Notes under the pieces: model-generated
The model's database searches: none
What the model was told of the DNA's origin: nothing
What the model saw: only the letters and a program-made list of their open reading frames with translations
In this document: in pieces, positions 28,493 to 41,800 of the stretch
Layout of the letters: every line of letters begins with the position of its first letter
How positions within the stretch are numbered: position 1 is the first letter of the stretch
Source of the DNA: Trichoplax adhaerens
Taxonomy: Eukaryota > Animalia > Placozoa
Assembly: GCF_000150275.1 (NCBI RefSeq)
Contig: NW_002060944.1
Coordinates: forward strand, 9,076,159-9,140,158
Direction of reading: 5' to 3'
Length of the DNA stretch: 64,000 nt
Made by a program: the position numbers and the translations under genes

Positions 28493-30835
28493 TTAATCAA
28501 ATAAATCATGTATATTCCAAGCTGTTCTAGCATTATTAATGATTTCAATAAGATCATCGATCAGTACATTTGCATCTGTAACTTCTTTTTCTTTCTCTCC
28601 TTCACTTAACATATCGGCTTTTTCCGCTAGCTCTTTCTGATCTCTCTCAACTTCCGGTTCTGGCTTTGTACGTAAATAATCTGGTACTATAACGTACATA
28701 TAAGTATCGTAAGTATTATAGATCAACATTCAGAGCTGTTATAATATGGTTGAAAGTGTAAACTGATTAGTAAAATAATAGTCCATTGGAATAAATAATC
28801 TACACTAATGAACGTTACCTACAGAATCATGCGGTTGAAGATTTAAAATAAATTGTGTAAACCAACTTAAAACTTTTGAAACACTAACAAGTGATCAAAT
28901 GGTCTGCACATCAAAAATCATCTGTATACTCGTGCAAGCAACAACATTCTTATTATACTGTAAAAGGATCGGTGACTAGAACCGTCGATCTATTTGACTT
29001 TCTATCTAGCTACACTGTAGACTTTGATTAACAGTCATATCTAAAACGCAATTATCTCGCAACATTGAACTAATATACTGCACGTCTATGACACTGTATG
29101 TATGTATTCTATGATGAAAAGTATTTAGCGAACAGCCTTAAAATCGCATCTAAAATAGAAAGTCACCTATACTATACCGAATACAATTTATATCTTAAGT
29201 ACGAAATAAAGGTTACCCAATGGAGATTAAACAACCACCTACCAATTTCGTGATCAAATGTCTGTATTCGATTCTTGGTGATTTCCTACGAATAGCAACA
29301 GAGATCATTTATGCAGTCCATATGTAAAAACTGTATCGTATATACTACAGTATTTCACTAAGACGCTAGATGATTTTGATGTAGTATTCTCATCAAAGTA
29401 GTATGGAAGTCTATTAAATCACTTTTATGCTTATAGTGCAGTGCTATTTAACATACCTGTAAATTGCTATCTGTTTCCTGACTGATTGTAAGCGGTAATA
29501 ATATTAAATTATGTAATTGAGGTAGTTTTTCATTCCTCAGATGATTATTCAACATTGACATTTGTCCTGCAATAAAATGAATCTTGTCAATAAAAATCAT
29601 ACCATCTGTTTACGTAGCATTGAGCTCGAACATTTTTAATAGATACGATAGAATACAAAAAAGTGAGCATTAAAACGCGTATAGCAGATTACTGTATGAG
29701 AGTACAAGTGGATATTACATTCACACCGACAGAGTGCGATATGCACAAGCAACTAATATCAGGCATTTCTGAATAATAGTGAGAGGACAATTTTTATCAG
29801 TTAACAGTGATATTGCCTTGGATTAATTTACAACTAATAGAAATTTGTAGAGTAGATGGATAAGAGCATACTACATTTACTATCATCGTGCTAGATTTAC
29901 TTAGACAATGCATAAAGAAGCATGAAGAAGTCTGGTATATCTCCTGACGTTCAACTCGATTTAGAATTCAATTTCTACGGTACATATCGTTATATCTGTT
30001 GAAGTTTTATCTTTTAATACTATTTGTAACAGCCATAAAGGAGTCTACAGAGGCCTGGTACCTCTACTAAAGTTCAACTCGATTTAGAATTCAATTTCTA
30101 CGGTACATATCGCTATATCTGTTGAAATTTTATCTTTTAATACTATTTGTAACAGCCATAAAGGAGTCTACAGAGGCCTGGTACCTCTACTAAAGTTCAA
30201 CTAGATCCAGAATTCAATTGCTATAGTATATCAAGTTATATCTATTGAAATTCTATCTTTCAATACTATTAGTAAGAGCAATAAAGGAGTCTACAGAGGC
30301 CTGGTATATCTACTGAAGTTGAACTGGATTTACAACTGAATTGCAACGGTATATTAAGTTATCGCTGTTGAAATTCTATCTTTCAATGTCATTGACTTGA
30401 TAGCAAACTCGTCAATACACCGTCAACATACCTGCTATAAGGGCAAAATTATCCAACACCGTAGGCCTATAAAATTGAAATAGAAACAACACTCGATTAA
30501 GGAATGAATTGACCTTCAAAATTTCATCTTCAATACAGTAATTATTCATGGTTATCCTAAGCCAATAAGCAATATCCATCGCCAACTTCTTTATTCAGTT
30601 TGTCCCATGAATATTGGATACAAATGTAGTCAATGATGCTATCATGTGTGTGCGTATTGATCTGCATGTCTAGAATGGAAGATTGAAAAGTTACTGACCA
30701 TAGGCTGTATCCCATTCCAACTTACCATTGAAGATTTTCATATTGTAAGCGATAGGTAAAGCTCTCTAAGCTTGCTTGTATATCGTCCAAGCGAGTACCA
30801 ATACTTTGTTCAGTAAATTCTATTGATTTATCCAT
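28493..30835 (-). CDS. MED8: Mediator of RNA polymerase II transcription subunit 8 (5 exons, about 163 aa)
   Basis: Exons 30835-30726, 30466-30432, 29566-29457, 29285-29243, 28686-28493 give MDKSIEFTEQ...YENLQWPTVLDNFALIAGQMSMLNNHLRNEKLPQLHNLILLPL...FDHEIVPDYLRTKPEPEVE; WPTVLDNFALI.GQ and VPDYLRTKP.PEVE are Med8 signatures. Confidence 0.93.
29949..30390. repeat. 123 bp tandem repeat, about 3.5 copies, in MED8 intron 2
   Basis: GTTCAACT... starts at 29949, 30072, 30195, 30318; ATAAAGGAGTCTACAGAGGCCTGGTA present three times; copies 1 and 2 nearly identical. Confidence 0.95.
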
Positions 30836-31269
30836 GTTTTGAGCGTTTTTAGACGTGATCTATCCAGTGCTTTTCCACGCCGTAATGGTAGAACAAATAA
30901 AAGACACCAGCAGCTAGTGATGAAAATCGACTCAACTTGGAGATTGCTACCTTAACACAGTGTATTCCAACTCAATCTACCGTAGTACTGCAATTGGCAA
31001 GCGTTCTAGTGCACTAGAATGCCTTCAAAACTGTTTTACCTCGATCAATTCGACGAATTAAAGAGGAATTGCAAGCCTTTAAGGATAGAAAAAGCGATGA
31101 TTAATTTGGGATAGCGAATTGCAGCTTATTACTACCGTGTGTGCCCTGACAGCACTGGTCGTCGATGGTGGCAGTATAGGGAAATGGTTTTGGTCAAGGT
31201 CTCCACTTGCTACAACTAGCAGCGGCCATAGTTAGCCATAGTGGTGTGCGCAAAACACTGTCCGGGTAG

Positions 31270-32310
31270 AGTCTATTGACTCGAACTGTAGTATACTGTT
31301 GCATGTAGGACTGCAAGCTGTAGTCTATCACAATAGGCTTACAACCAGCACGAGATTGGAACCGCTCCGATCGCTTCTTTGCAGTTGAGGAAGGCCAATA
31401 AGACTTTTCATCTTCAATCAGCAAGGCAATCCTTTGCAAAGATTAAGAGGATTCCAATGGATTCAAGTAGAATGTGCTTGTGGAAGTGCAACTGAAGTCG
31501 ATCTGAAGGATGCTGTTGTATGCAAGACTGCAAGTTATAGTCGATTGCAACAGGCTTATAACGGCCACTTGCATGCAGTAAGGGAGGTCAATATGACGCA
31601 GTTCATCAATATATTGAGCAAGGCAGGTGGCCCGAAAAGCAATTCTTGGCAAAGATGAAGAGGATTCAAGTAGAATGTGCTTGTGGAAGCGTAACTAGAG
31701 TCGAACTGAAGTATACTATTACATGCAGGACTGCAAGTTATAGTCGATCGCAATAGGCTTACAACAAACTCGAAGGGCTTTTATCACTCTATGCAGCAAT
31801 ATGGCGCGTATTCTTGAATATTGAGCAAAGCAATTGAACCGAAAAGCAATCCTTATGCAAAGATTGAGCGGGTTCAAATAGAATATGCTTGCCAAAGCGC
31901 AATTGGAGGCGAACTGAAGTATACTGTTACATGCAGGACTGTAAGTTTTAGTCGATCGCAACAGGCTTATAATAGCCACCAAACTCGAAGGGCTCCTATC
32001 ATTTCTTTACAGTAAAGGAGGTCAATAGGACGCAATTCCTGAATATTTAGCTAGGCAATTGGCCCGAAAAGCAATCCTTTGCAAGGATTGCTTGGATTCA
32101 AGTAGAATGTGCTTACGGAAGCGCAACTGGAGTCTAACTGAAGAAGTTGTAGTCGATCGCAGCTGGCTTACAACAGCCACCAAACTCAAAGGGCTCCTAT
32201 CACTTCTACAAGTATGCAGTAAAGTAAAGGAGGTCAATGTGACGTAATTCTTGAATATTAAGTTGGGCAATTGGCCTGAAAAGCAATCCTTTGCAAAGAT
32301 AGAGCTGATT
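31270..32310. repeat. Diverged tandem repeat, about 200-225 bp unit, about 5 copies
   Basis: TTCAA(G/A)TAGAAT(G/A)TGCTT at about 31462, 31665, 31873, 32097; TAGTCGAT.GCA..AGGCTTA and GAAAAGCAATCCTT.GCAAAGAT recur in each unit. Confidence 0.92.
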
Positions 32311-33448
32311 GAAATGGATGCAAGGATAAAATCGTGCAAGTATGTTAATGCACGCTTAATGTATAAATTATTATTATTATTAGTGTACACAGGCAGTAAA
32401 GCAGTATAGCAGTACAGTATACTTTAGTAGTAAACTGCTGAATGTCAATGTCATGCTTGGCGGTACAGCAACCCCTCTTGAGCGCTCAGAAAAGCTGACG
32501 ACTTTATACGCGTTAAGGTCCTAAGGCATAGTTTCTAGGCAATTTCATCAACGAAAATATCACGCTACTTGTAAAGCAAGGCGAGGCTTTACTATGATGG
32601 AACTATTCGAATACTCCATAGTTAGTAGTCAGTACTGTAGTATACACTTTACGCGTAGGTAATAATGGAAATTGTTTGGTATACTAGTATAATTTACTAT
32701 TTATCAAGAACGGAAATTTCAGCTACAAGCTTCAATCTATAGACAGTGAACATGGGAACGGATCTAAGAAATCCATATCAAACCGTAATAACACGTGATG
32801 ACCATGAAATTATGTGATTCAACATTGAATACAACTAGATGAATATCGTTTGATATGCATTTCATAAAAGGAATTTAGGAAATGAAGAAAAGAAAATCGA
32901 ATTTACACCTATACGTCGATATACATAACTAGAAATTTTAATACGTGTTTCACATAGATAGACAGTCTATACTGTAGAAGTAATATTGTATAGGGTATTT
33001 GCATATCTAGCATTTACTTAAAGTAGCCCTTATTGCAGCATGAAATGATATCTCGGATATTCAATTTATTCATCAGATTGATAAATACCGAATCATCAAG
33101 ATTCAAACTTTGTCGAGTAAACACTACTACAAGATAGTTTTCTTAAATAATATAATTTGAGATTTTATAGTGTAAATCCAGCAAAATGTCTAAAATTGAA
33201 CCATAACAATCGCAAATGGAATCCATTTAATGAACATTAAAGTTGCTTATTATATTATGCATACGTATATCTTGGGCCTGCCTCAACAATGTACAACATT
33301 AAGCACCTTCGTGTTCTGTTTACATGTTGATAATGCAATTGCTTACTTATCATTGATAGTATGCATGGAGGTATTCAATTTATGTACATCTTGGGAAGTG
33401 GATGATTGTGTACCGGCATTACCTCCTCATTTTGATATCATTGGCGTA

Positions 33449-34531
33449 CTAAGGCGATGAAAGCGTCTTGGAGCTGAGATAATTGGACCACCACCGATTT
33501 AATTTATATTGATCTAATGCTTGATAAAATTCGTACCACCACAGTTGCATGATACCATCAATACTTGATAGCAAATTTTTTCGACCTAATATTATCGGTC
33601 TGGATGGCTGTGGTAATTTCCACGGCTTTTTATATTTACAACAGGCGAAATGATACGCCTTGATTGGAAAATAAACCATCCGACGGACATTATATGAATA
33701 AGGCAAAGGATCCCATTGATATCTTTTAGCAAAATATTGATACATTAAAACCTGATCATCGAGGCATTTCCAACTATAAAAGCTATTCCATAAAGCAATT
33801 AAATCATTGAATATCTTGATGGAAGGTTGAATGACTAACAAACCGGCATTAAAACATGGATCGATTATTCCAGGCCGAGCACAATAAGCCGCCATGAGTT
33901 CTTTATTGGTAGAAAGCGTTAAAAAGGAATCGAAATTACCAAGTAGTAAAAAATCTGGATCTAAGTAGACAATTCTAGAATAATTGATTAATTTCCAAGC
34001 ATGAAATCGTGTATGAGTACCAAGAATTCCCGAATACTTTGGTAATTTTCTTTTATTACGATGATGTAAATACTGACAATCAAGATGTTGTACTTGCAAT
34101 ATTGAAAAGCCAACTGCTTGTAGAGCTTTTCGACTGTGATGGCTAACATTTGCAGTCACCAATGCCAACATCCTATGACAGCAAGAAAATTTTCGTAGAC
34201 CATGGCCAAGTACTATAGCCGGTATAACATACTGATCATTGACCATTGCTGTTAACCACGTAAATTTTTCAGGGCATGTAGTACCTTGGGCTTGACATTG
34301 ATCTTGATAATGTTGGCTTTCAGTACGATACAACTGCCAAAATTGATCAGCCATTAGATTATCTCTATTCAATCTGCGAGAAGGTTCTTGACTTATTAGT
34401 CGAATAATATGAGGAGGATAAGTCAATAGACAATAAATGATGAAAGCATGATGCCAATAAATGAGAAGCAAGCCAATGCCGACTGTTCCCAAAGCCCATT
34501 TGCCTTTCTTACCACGATAGCCTCTTCTCAT
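33449..34531 (-). CDS. Intronless glycosyltransferase family 8 (glycogenin-related fold), type II membrane protein, about 360 aa
   Basis: HTRFHAWKLINYSRIVYLDPD (DxD), CFNAGLLVIQPS, DDQVLM, LPYSYN and YHF...KKPW match GT8 motifs. ATG at 34531 gives a basic tail (MRRGYRGKKGK) plus a hydrophobic anchor; the frame stays open upstream to an ATG at 34693, so the start is uncertain. Confidence 0.88.
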   Translation of the reverse strand: MRRGYRGKKGKWALGTVGIGLLLIYWHHAFIIYCLLTYPPHIIRLISQEPSRRLNRDNLMADQFWQLYRTESQHYQDQCQAQGTTCPEKFTWLTAMVNDQYVIPAIVLGHGLRKFSCCHRMLALVTANVSHHSRKALQAVGFSILQVQHLDCQYLHHRNKRKLPKYSGILGTHTRFHAWKLINYSRIVYLDPDFLLLGNFDSFLTLSTNKELMAAYCARPGIIDPCFNAGLLVIQPSIKIFNDLIALWNSFYSWKCLDDQVLMYQYFAKRYQWDPLPYSYNVRRMVYFPIKAYHFACCKYKKPWKLPQPSRPIILGRKNLLSSIDGIMQLWWYEFYQALDQYKLNRWWSNYLSSKTLSSP

Positions 34532-34754
34532 CTTGTACCTAGTATTTCCATGCAATAATTCAGTTGGAATCCGTTGACAATCATGACAAAAGAATAGTGA
34601 AAAGAAGACTTTTACTATCCTACTCTGCAGTTTTCTCGATACTGTTGATGTTGTCTTGGCAAGGACAATCGATGGCTGCAGATCTGCCGGCATTTGAATA
34701 AACAATTGTTCATTTCAACTTGATGATTGTGACAGTGCTCATGCGTGATTTGAG

Positions 34755-35235
34755 TACAGACAGACAGACAGATACAGTCCTTGACCATTGTACACAGTAG
34801 CAACAGTACAGCATCGGACATGTCAAATGGTTGAAAGTCGTGGAGCTAAATAGTGTTGCCTTATACATTTATACTCAAGTTATGTCTTCCAATTTTGAAG
34901 AAATCTACTTTCAATTTGGCTCCAATTCCACGCTGACAGCTTGGTGCAACCTTGAGCAATTGTCAACGACAACTACTCAAGTAGCTCAACTTCATCAATC
35001 TACAACATGTACGGACAGACAGATAAGTCCTTTACCAGTGTACAGCACTGGACATATCCAATGGTTGAAAGTGGTTGAGCTAAATAGTCTTGCCTTCTAC
35101 TCAAGTTAGGTCTTTCAATTTTGAAGAAATCTTCTTTCAATTTGACTCCAATTCCACGCAGACAGATCGGTGCAACCTTGAGCAATTGTAAATGACAAAT
35201 ACTCAACTTCATCCATCTACAACATGTACGGTCGG
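34755..35235. repeat. About 235 bp tandem duplication between the divergent GT8 and CEP70 genes
   Basis: AATGGTTGAAAGT..TGAGCTAAATAGT, CAATTTTGAAGAAATCT, GGTGCAACCTTGAGCAATTGT and TCTACAACATGTACGG each occur twice. Confidence 0.9.
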
Positions 35236-35519
35236 TCTAATCATGTTGCAAGTCACGACGCAATACCGCCGGTCTTAAGCTCTTATTACTGGCGCAGTAT
35301 TGAAAACATTTTTGAATACAGAATAATAGTGTCAAGCAGGACCAGATCATGAAGGCCTTTATACTAGATCATTTCCTATCCATCGTGTTTCAATTTCCTT
35401 AACATTATTAGACTAGGTTCAGCATATTTATTGGGGAATTTATTTATTTATTTCAGCCATTGAATACGTCAACACTGGTGAAATGAAATTCACCAATGTA
35501 CAGAATTACAACCTGAAAG

Positions 35520-35725
35520 CGTACAGTACGTACGGTAGCCATCTACAATACACAGGACCGCCAAAAATCAAGCTACAGCACAGTCCTGTGTGGTACTGTA
35601 CGGTACAGTATATACTAATACTACTGTACCCTACGGTACTATGCTACAACGTAAGGGCGCCAGAAATAGCGTGTACTGTACAGTATTCAGAAAGGTATTC
35701 AACCAAACCGAACCGAACCGAACCT
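35520..35725. repeat. (ACAGT/ACTGT)-rich low-complexity tract plus (CCGAA)n upstream of CEP70
   Basis: GTACAGTACG, GTACTGTACGGTACAGTA, GTACTGTACAGTA; AACCGAACCGAACCGAACC at about 35705. Confidence 0.65.
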
Positions 35726-35801
35726 TCTCAGGTCTACTCTCGTTCCCTTGTTGATATAATAATAAAGCTCAAGGAATGAGCTATTGAGCTTGCTATCCAC
35801 C

Positions 35802-38800
35802 ATGGATTCTGATCAGGTAATTCATGTCTATTAATGTATCTTTTAAACGATTGCAAGGATTTATGGTCGCAGTGAACAACCTTTGCCTAATTGTGTGCTA
35901 AATGGATAGGATATCCTGCTTATTATCTACTGTCTGGTAGGGAATAGTCAACACTGCAAAATGATAACTTGTCATGCTTGTCAATAGAGTAGAAATGAAT
36001 GATACCAATACAGTGAAGAGGGGAAAAGCATGTGTAGACAAGGCAATCGATATTCTTGTGTCATGAGCGATCGCTGACTACTATATTGCCAATCCACTGC
36101 TAATAGACTACGAGTGTACCAGGCATTCTAAGCCATTAAATGGAAAGTTCTTCCGATAGACAGTGAATTACATTGACAGCTACATTATTTCCATACAATT
36201 GTATTTTAAGTAAATTTGAAAGCCTCATAGATGACGACGACAGATTCAACTTGAATTATCCACAGTATACGAGTAGTATATCTTGTCTTGAATAGACATT
36301 GTTCATCTCTAGGTTTATTTTGACTCCATGGCTGTAGAATAACGGTAATTCAAAAGCATGGAAATAGTGTCAACGATGCAAACATCACATTAGCCATTGC
36401 TCGATTCTGCTGACTGCCCTACCTAGTCATCAAGAACTGCTGCCGATCAATAGCAATAGTGGACGAGTGTATCTTTCATGCTTTGGTCTTATACAGTTGC
36501 ACGTAGAACATAAATAAGCAGTAAAATATCATCGTTTTGGCCACAATAATGCCCACTATAGGAATTGGTACAGCAAAAGTAGGGAAGTAATAGATCAATT
36601 GACATGACCATTTTATTGTTTTTTGAAGGTATCCGAAAACTCAGCAATGGCACAACCGTACCATAACGACGATGATTCTGGCCGAGAGTTAAGCGCAGGT
36701 ATAATAGATGAAGGATAGATGAGTAGAAACGAATACGATCTTGATTGTTTTGAATCTGTCTGATTTCATGTATGCCACTATGCTCACAGAATATGGAAGC
36801 AGCCGTCAGGAAGATCATCAGGTCAGACAAAATTATCATCATGTTCAGTTAGCTATAGAAGATTGGCTATAGGTCTATCAATTATAAATTCCAATCTGAA
36901 ATCGGTGCTTTTATTGCAAACAAATTTTGATATCTACAACAAGGATATCTTTGGAGTTATCAACATAGTTTGTTCTTGCTGATAATCGGAATGAATTCTA
37001 TTTTAATAGCACCATGCAGATTTACAATGGAATAGCATTAATCGATCACTCCGTCATCATGGCTTGCAACCAATTTCTTTTCTATCGCAAGATTCTGTTG
37101 AAATACCATGCCAAAGTACGCACAAATGCTGATAAATTCTAATACCAACTGTTGATTTTATCATCCATACTTATGACCTTATCTTTATATAATCATCCAA
37201 TGGTTTCATGTAGGTTCGACTTTATTTATTAATGTCATTCGTATGCAGATTCAGTCGTCGTATAAAAAATACATATTGGCAAAACAGTATGAAGTAGAAA
37301 TCGAGTCATTTTTGTAGTATGCAACGCAGATACCGTCCGCGTAGTCTACTGTAAATTTCTGTAAACTACGATATTCAAAAAGTTCTTAGAGAGTACTATT
37401 TTGCATTTGTTTATATAGCTACCAGGAAGCAGAATGTAATGACAATAATACAGATCTTTGGTCTTTGTTTCCTACTTCATCAATTTTACTGATTGAAACG
37501 AGTACTACATCATATCCACCACATACACGTATACTGCAGAGATTACTACCTCCATGTGCTTCACTAATAATCATTACTCGAAACGTCGCCATAGACTATT
37601 GCTGTATCTTAAGATAACAACTGGATAGAACGCTAATGTTTCTTCCTCCATTAGATATCATTATTATGGATAATGCAATGTCAGCCATCTTAAGAAATAA
37701 CTTATCAAGCCTGATGGACGATTGTGACAGACGTCAAGCACTGATACAAGAATTAATCACAACCACCAGCAATTTTCAGTGAGTTTAAAATCACACTTTT
37801 TATTCAACATGGGACTGTAAGAAGTACAGTAGATCAGTTTATGACTTGCAAATCAATGACATGGATACCTTCTTGAGTGATTAGCAGTAACGCTAACTCA
37901 AAGTCATTTGTCGATCCTGTGAATTCACTGTTGTAAAATCCATAAATACCAAGGCGTTGCTTTTTCCAAATTAGGGCTAAATCTCGTAATGACAATTCTA
38001 ATACGGAAAAGCTACATATGGAGGTACTTATTTATTACTCGTAAATATAGCGACATTACCCATACTTTGGTAGATTATCCTAATCCTTCCGATCTTGATC
38101 AAATTATGAAATTGAAATGATGACTATTTTTCTAATAACTTTATCCTATAGATTACGCAATTGCGAATGCAGCTGGAGGATGAAAGAATAAAATTTAAGG
38201 TTAGTCATAACCCAAATATCCAAGCGTGTAGAAAGGGCTTCTACTACAAATTTTGAGGGTATTGACTTTCACTACCTTTTATACTGCATATATCGCGCGA
38301 ACTATACAGGAAATCAATGAGGATAGAACATTAGAAATCCATCAGTATACTGATGAAATTGAGACTTTGCGTTTATCGAGGGATAATTATCATAGCAAAT
38401 ATTCTCAATTATTACGAAAGCTGCGACACAACGAGAAAGAATCAGATCAGTTGCGACAGCAGTATAATGATCTAATTGATAAAGTAATTGAACATTTCAA
38501 TTTTATAGTTATAAATCTATATTTCAGTTAACTTCGTATTAAATTGCAATGATAACCTTATTCAATATGGATGCAGTATTTGTACATGGCTGCTATGTAA
38601 TTTAAAAGTAACTAAGTGTGGAACTAATTTTTTACTATCGAAATCAATATAAAATGCTTGTGTTGACTAATAGCTTTCATATTTGATTTTAAGGAGGAGA
38701 AACGAATTGATCGCCACAATGAAATCTTTCGTTTAATCAAAAAGAAATCACCTCGGCTTTACAATGCTTTGGATCGAGCGTAAGTAGCATCTAAATACTT

Positions 38801-41800
38801 GGTCTTGTTATGCTTCATGATATAATAAACTCACTGAAAAGATTCACTTTGTAGTCATACGTCTATAATGTTAAATTCCAATAACGTTTTAGAACTTTGG
38901 AGATTATGGATGCGTATGAAAATGTTATTGAAAAGCTAAAAATGGAATTAGAAATTATGAGGTCTTACTCAATCTTGCAAGGCTTTAAAGCTAATAATAA
39001 GCAAATTGAAGCCAAACTGATAATCAACGCTAATTGACCTCATCGTATTTTGCAACTTCTGCTTTAATTTTAAAACAGAGCTGAAACTAATGAAGCAGAC
39101 TCTAATCTCGTTGGTTTACGTACAGATATAGACGTTTTAAGTCATAGTAGTAATCCAAGGGCGGTGCTAGAAACCGGTGAAACAGCAGAAATCCAGGAGA
39201 AAGCTAATAAAATTACCCATCAAACGGTTGCAAAGCAGGAAAAGAAATTTAAGGAATTACAGCAAAAGTTAAAGGTAAGATCGTATATCGCAAATACTGT
39301 ATATTCAATTACTTTACTGTAAGTGCTATTAGGATAATAAATAATCACTTTTCGACTATGTTACACTTGATTTATCAAAAGGCAGCAGATAAACAAATAC
39401 ACGAGTTGAAATCGCATTCTAAGAATCTCGATGTTGACAATGTCAGCATGAAAAGAGAGTTACAAGACAGGTTATACAGCAGCCACGGGATAACTGCTGC
39501 CATAAAACTACATAGGGCATTACAATTTCCTTAATAATTTCTACCCTACTACTATGTGGCTCCTGATATTACATTAGTGATTTTCATTTCCGATAAAATT
39601 AACTAAACTATTCATGTTTCTCGTTATCGAAACATCTTGTAGACCAAGCTTACGTGAATGGAATAAACTGAAGCGCCACGCTAATAAACTAGAAGAAATA
39701 TTGCAGGAGAACGACATAAGGTAAAAATTTTCACGTCTACGGCAGATAATATTCATTTCCGTTGCATATTAAATTTAAAATAATCCGCAACATAGTATAA
39801 AGGATAGAAAGAAAAATCAACATACACAAGACACGGTAGAAGACACCAACCTACAAAATTTAGTAAGTGCTACCACGGTTGCAAATAATTTAAATTTATT
39901 ACTTTATGGATTTAGTAATTATGCCCTAAATTAGTCAATTGAATATCTTATTTTAAGGAAAATCAAATCAATAAAATGTCTCTGCTTAAGTGCCGTGATA
40001 ACATCAAGGTAGTTGCCAAAAATGTAAAGTGATACGTACGAAAGATAGTACGACTACGAATTAATGCTATGTTTTATACTGTAAATAATGTATCCCTCCG
40101 CCTATATTAAATATACAGAAAATCTGTACCTTTATGAAAATTGATGACTTTAACCGAATTTGGCCTCATCTAGATGGAATGGCATCTATTGCTGACACAT
40201 ATAGGCTTATGGATAAGGTAATAACTAGAACATGCTATCGCATGGTCGATTTATTTTTCACTGAATTAATAATTTAGAATGTTCTGCTCTTTTAAATAGC
40301 TAATCCGTGCTATCATCGAGCTTATAGCAGAAAGTGAATTACCGGATGTAAATGAAGGTATCCGGTTGCAGGGTCTTGATAACTTATGTGAGGAAAATTG
40401 GCATCACATTATACCTACTCTTAAAGCATGGATAAAGCAACTTCATGGTCTTCAGGTAGCTACACTCGACAAGTACAACATTCATATTTAGGATGTTCTT
40501 AAATTACGTGTCATGACGCTCATTTAGTCACATGCAATAATCTCTTACTTCTGTATCTTAATTTCGCTTTCCCTTTTAATTTGCTCTATCAGGAATTACA
40601 GCAGTCAATTAATCGCCTAGCTTCTACGCTGCTGCCATGGCAAAGAGACGATATCGATATATTTAAAGATAAAGCTTTAACAGTAACCGAAATTAATGCT
40701 GCTGTTGATGCCCTAACAAGACATGGCGAAGATAACGGAATCAACATTCAAGTTTGTATCATATATACCGTATTGCAATATTTGATTTTCTTTTTCGTAC
40801 ACTTAATGTACTACAGTATTTGCGATTTGTCGTGATCCGACATTTTAAGAAAAATACTGCTAACACCGCTACTGGATAATTACAATTGATTAATGCAACA
40901 ATCGAGCTTCGAATAATCGTTTTTAAACTACAAATCAATGATAGCATTTGTCGTCTACTCTGACCTCTGATTTTGAGAAATGATTACTATTGATTTTAGG
41001 AATCAGAATCGGACCCTTCTCATCTAAAAATGCTGCAGACTGTGGTACAACATTTTCAAAAACTGTTTGACGTCAAAACTCTATCTGGTGTATTTACTAG
41101 AATGAACGATATATACGTTAAGTTAAATGAAACTTACAATATTTTACACTCCTTGAGAGAAACTTTAGGTTTAGGTAAGAGACTACGGTAGTTTATGAAA
41201 GTGCATATAGTACGCTCCTAGAGTAGCTTCTAGTAGTTCTGAAACGATCTCAAGTTTCCATTTTAATTACTAAATTCTTTTTACAATTTTTGTATTCAAT
41301 TTGTACAGAAGAGAATTGCTTACCACGCACAATAGTTGCTGCAGTTTCGAAATTGGTTCAAATACATGATAATGCATCTTATAACCAGATACAAAAGCTA
41401 CTGGGTGTAAATGACTTAAAAGAGTAAGCAGTAATAGAGATATACCTTGGTTGCATATTGTAATATGCAGCTGAGTAAATGCTCGCATCTAAATTTCGGC
41501 TTCTGATCATGTAATTAATAGAGTAATTTCCAGAATTAAACGATATGATAAATTTTTCCCTATTTTTGAAGCCATGGTGGAACAACTATTTATCATACTT
41601 GGTAAGCTTGTTTACTCAGCTTAATAATTTTTTGCGATTTTTAGCGAATAGCAAGCACTATGCTTTAAATTACTCCGTTTATATACTAGCATTAAGTATA
41701 TTCATAAAAGTCTTTTTTATATTTCATATGTTATTTTACGGGAAGATGTTAACGATATCATGCAAATTGTTCCAGCTGTCAGACGCATAAAATTGCAAGT

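Noticed and set aside
29949-32310. Tandem arrays considered as CRISPR-like repeat-spacer arrays
   Set aside because: Units are homologous along their whole length with no unique spacers; eukaryotic context and no cas genes
36489-36842. 117 aa minus-strand ORF inside the CEP70 5' region
   Set aside because: No recognisable motif or splice pattern; most likely chance. A + strand exon at 36629-36698 is possible but could not be phased
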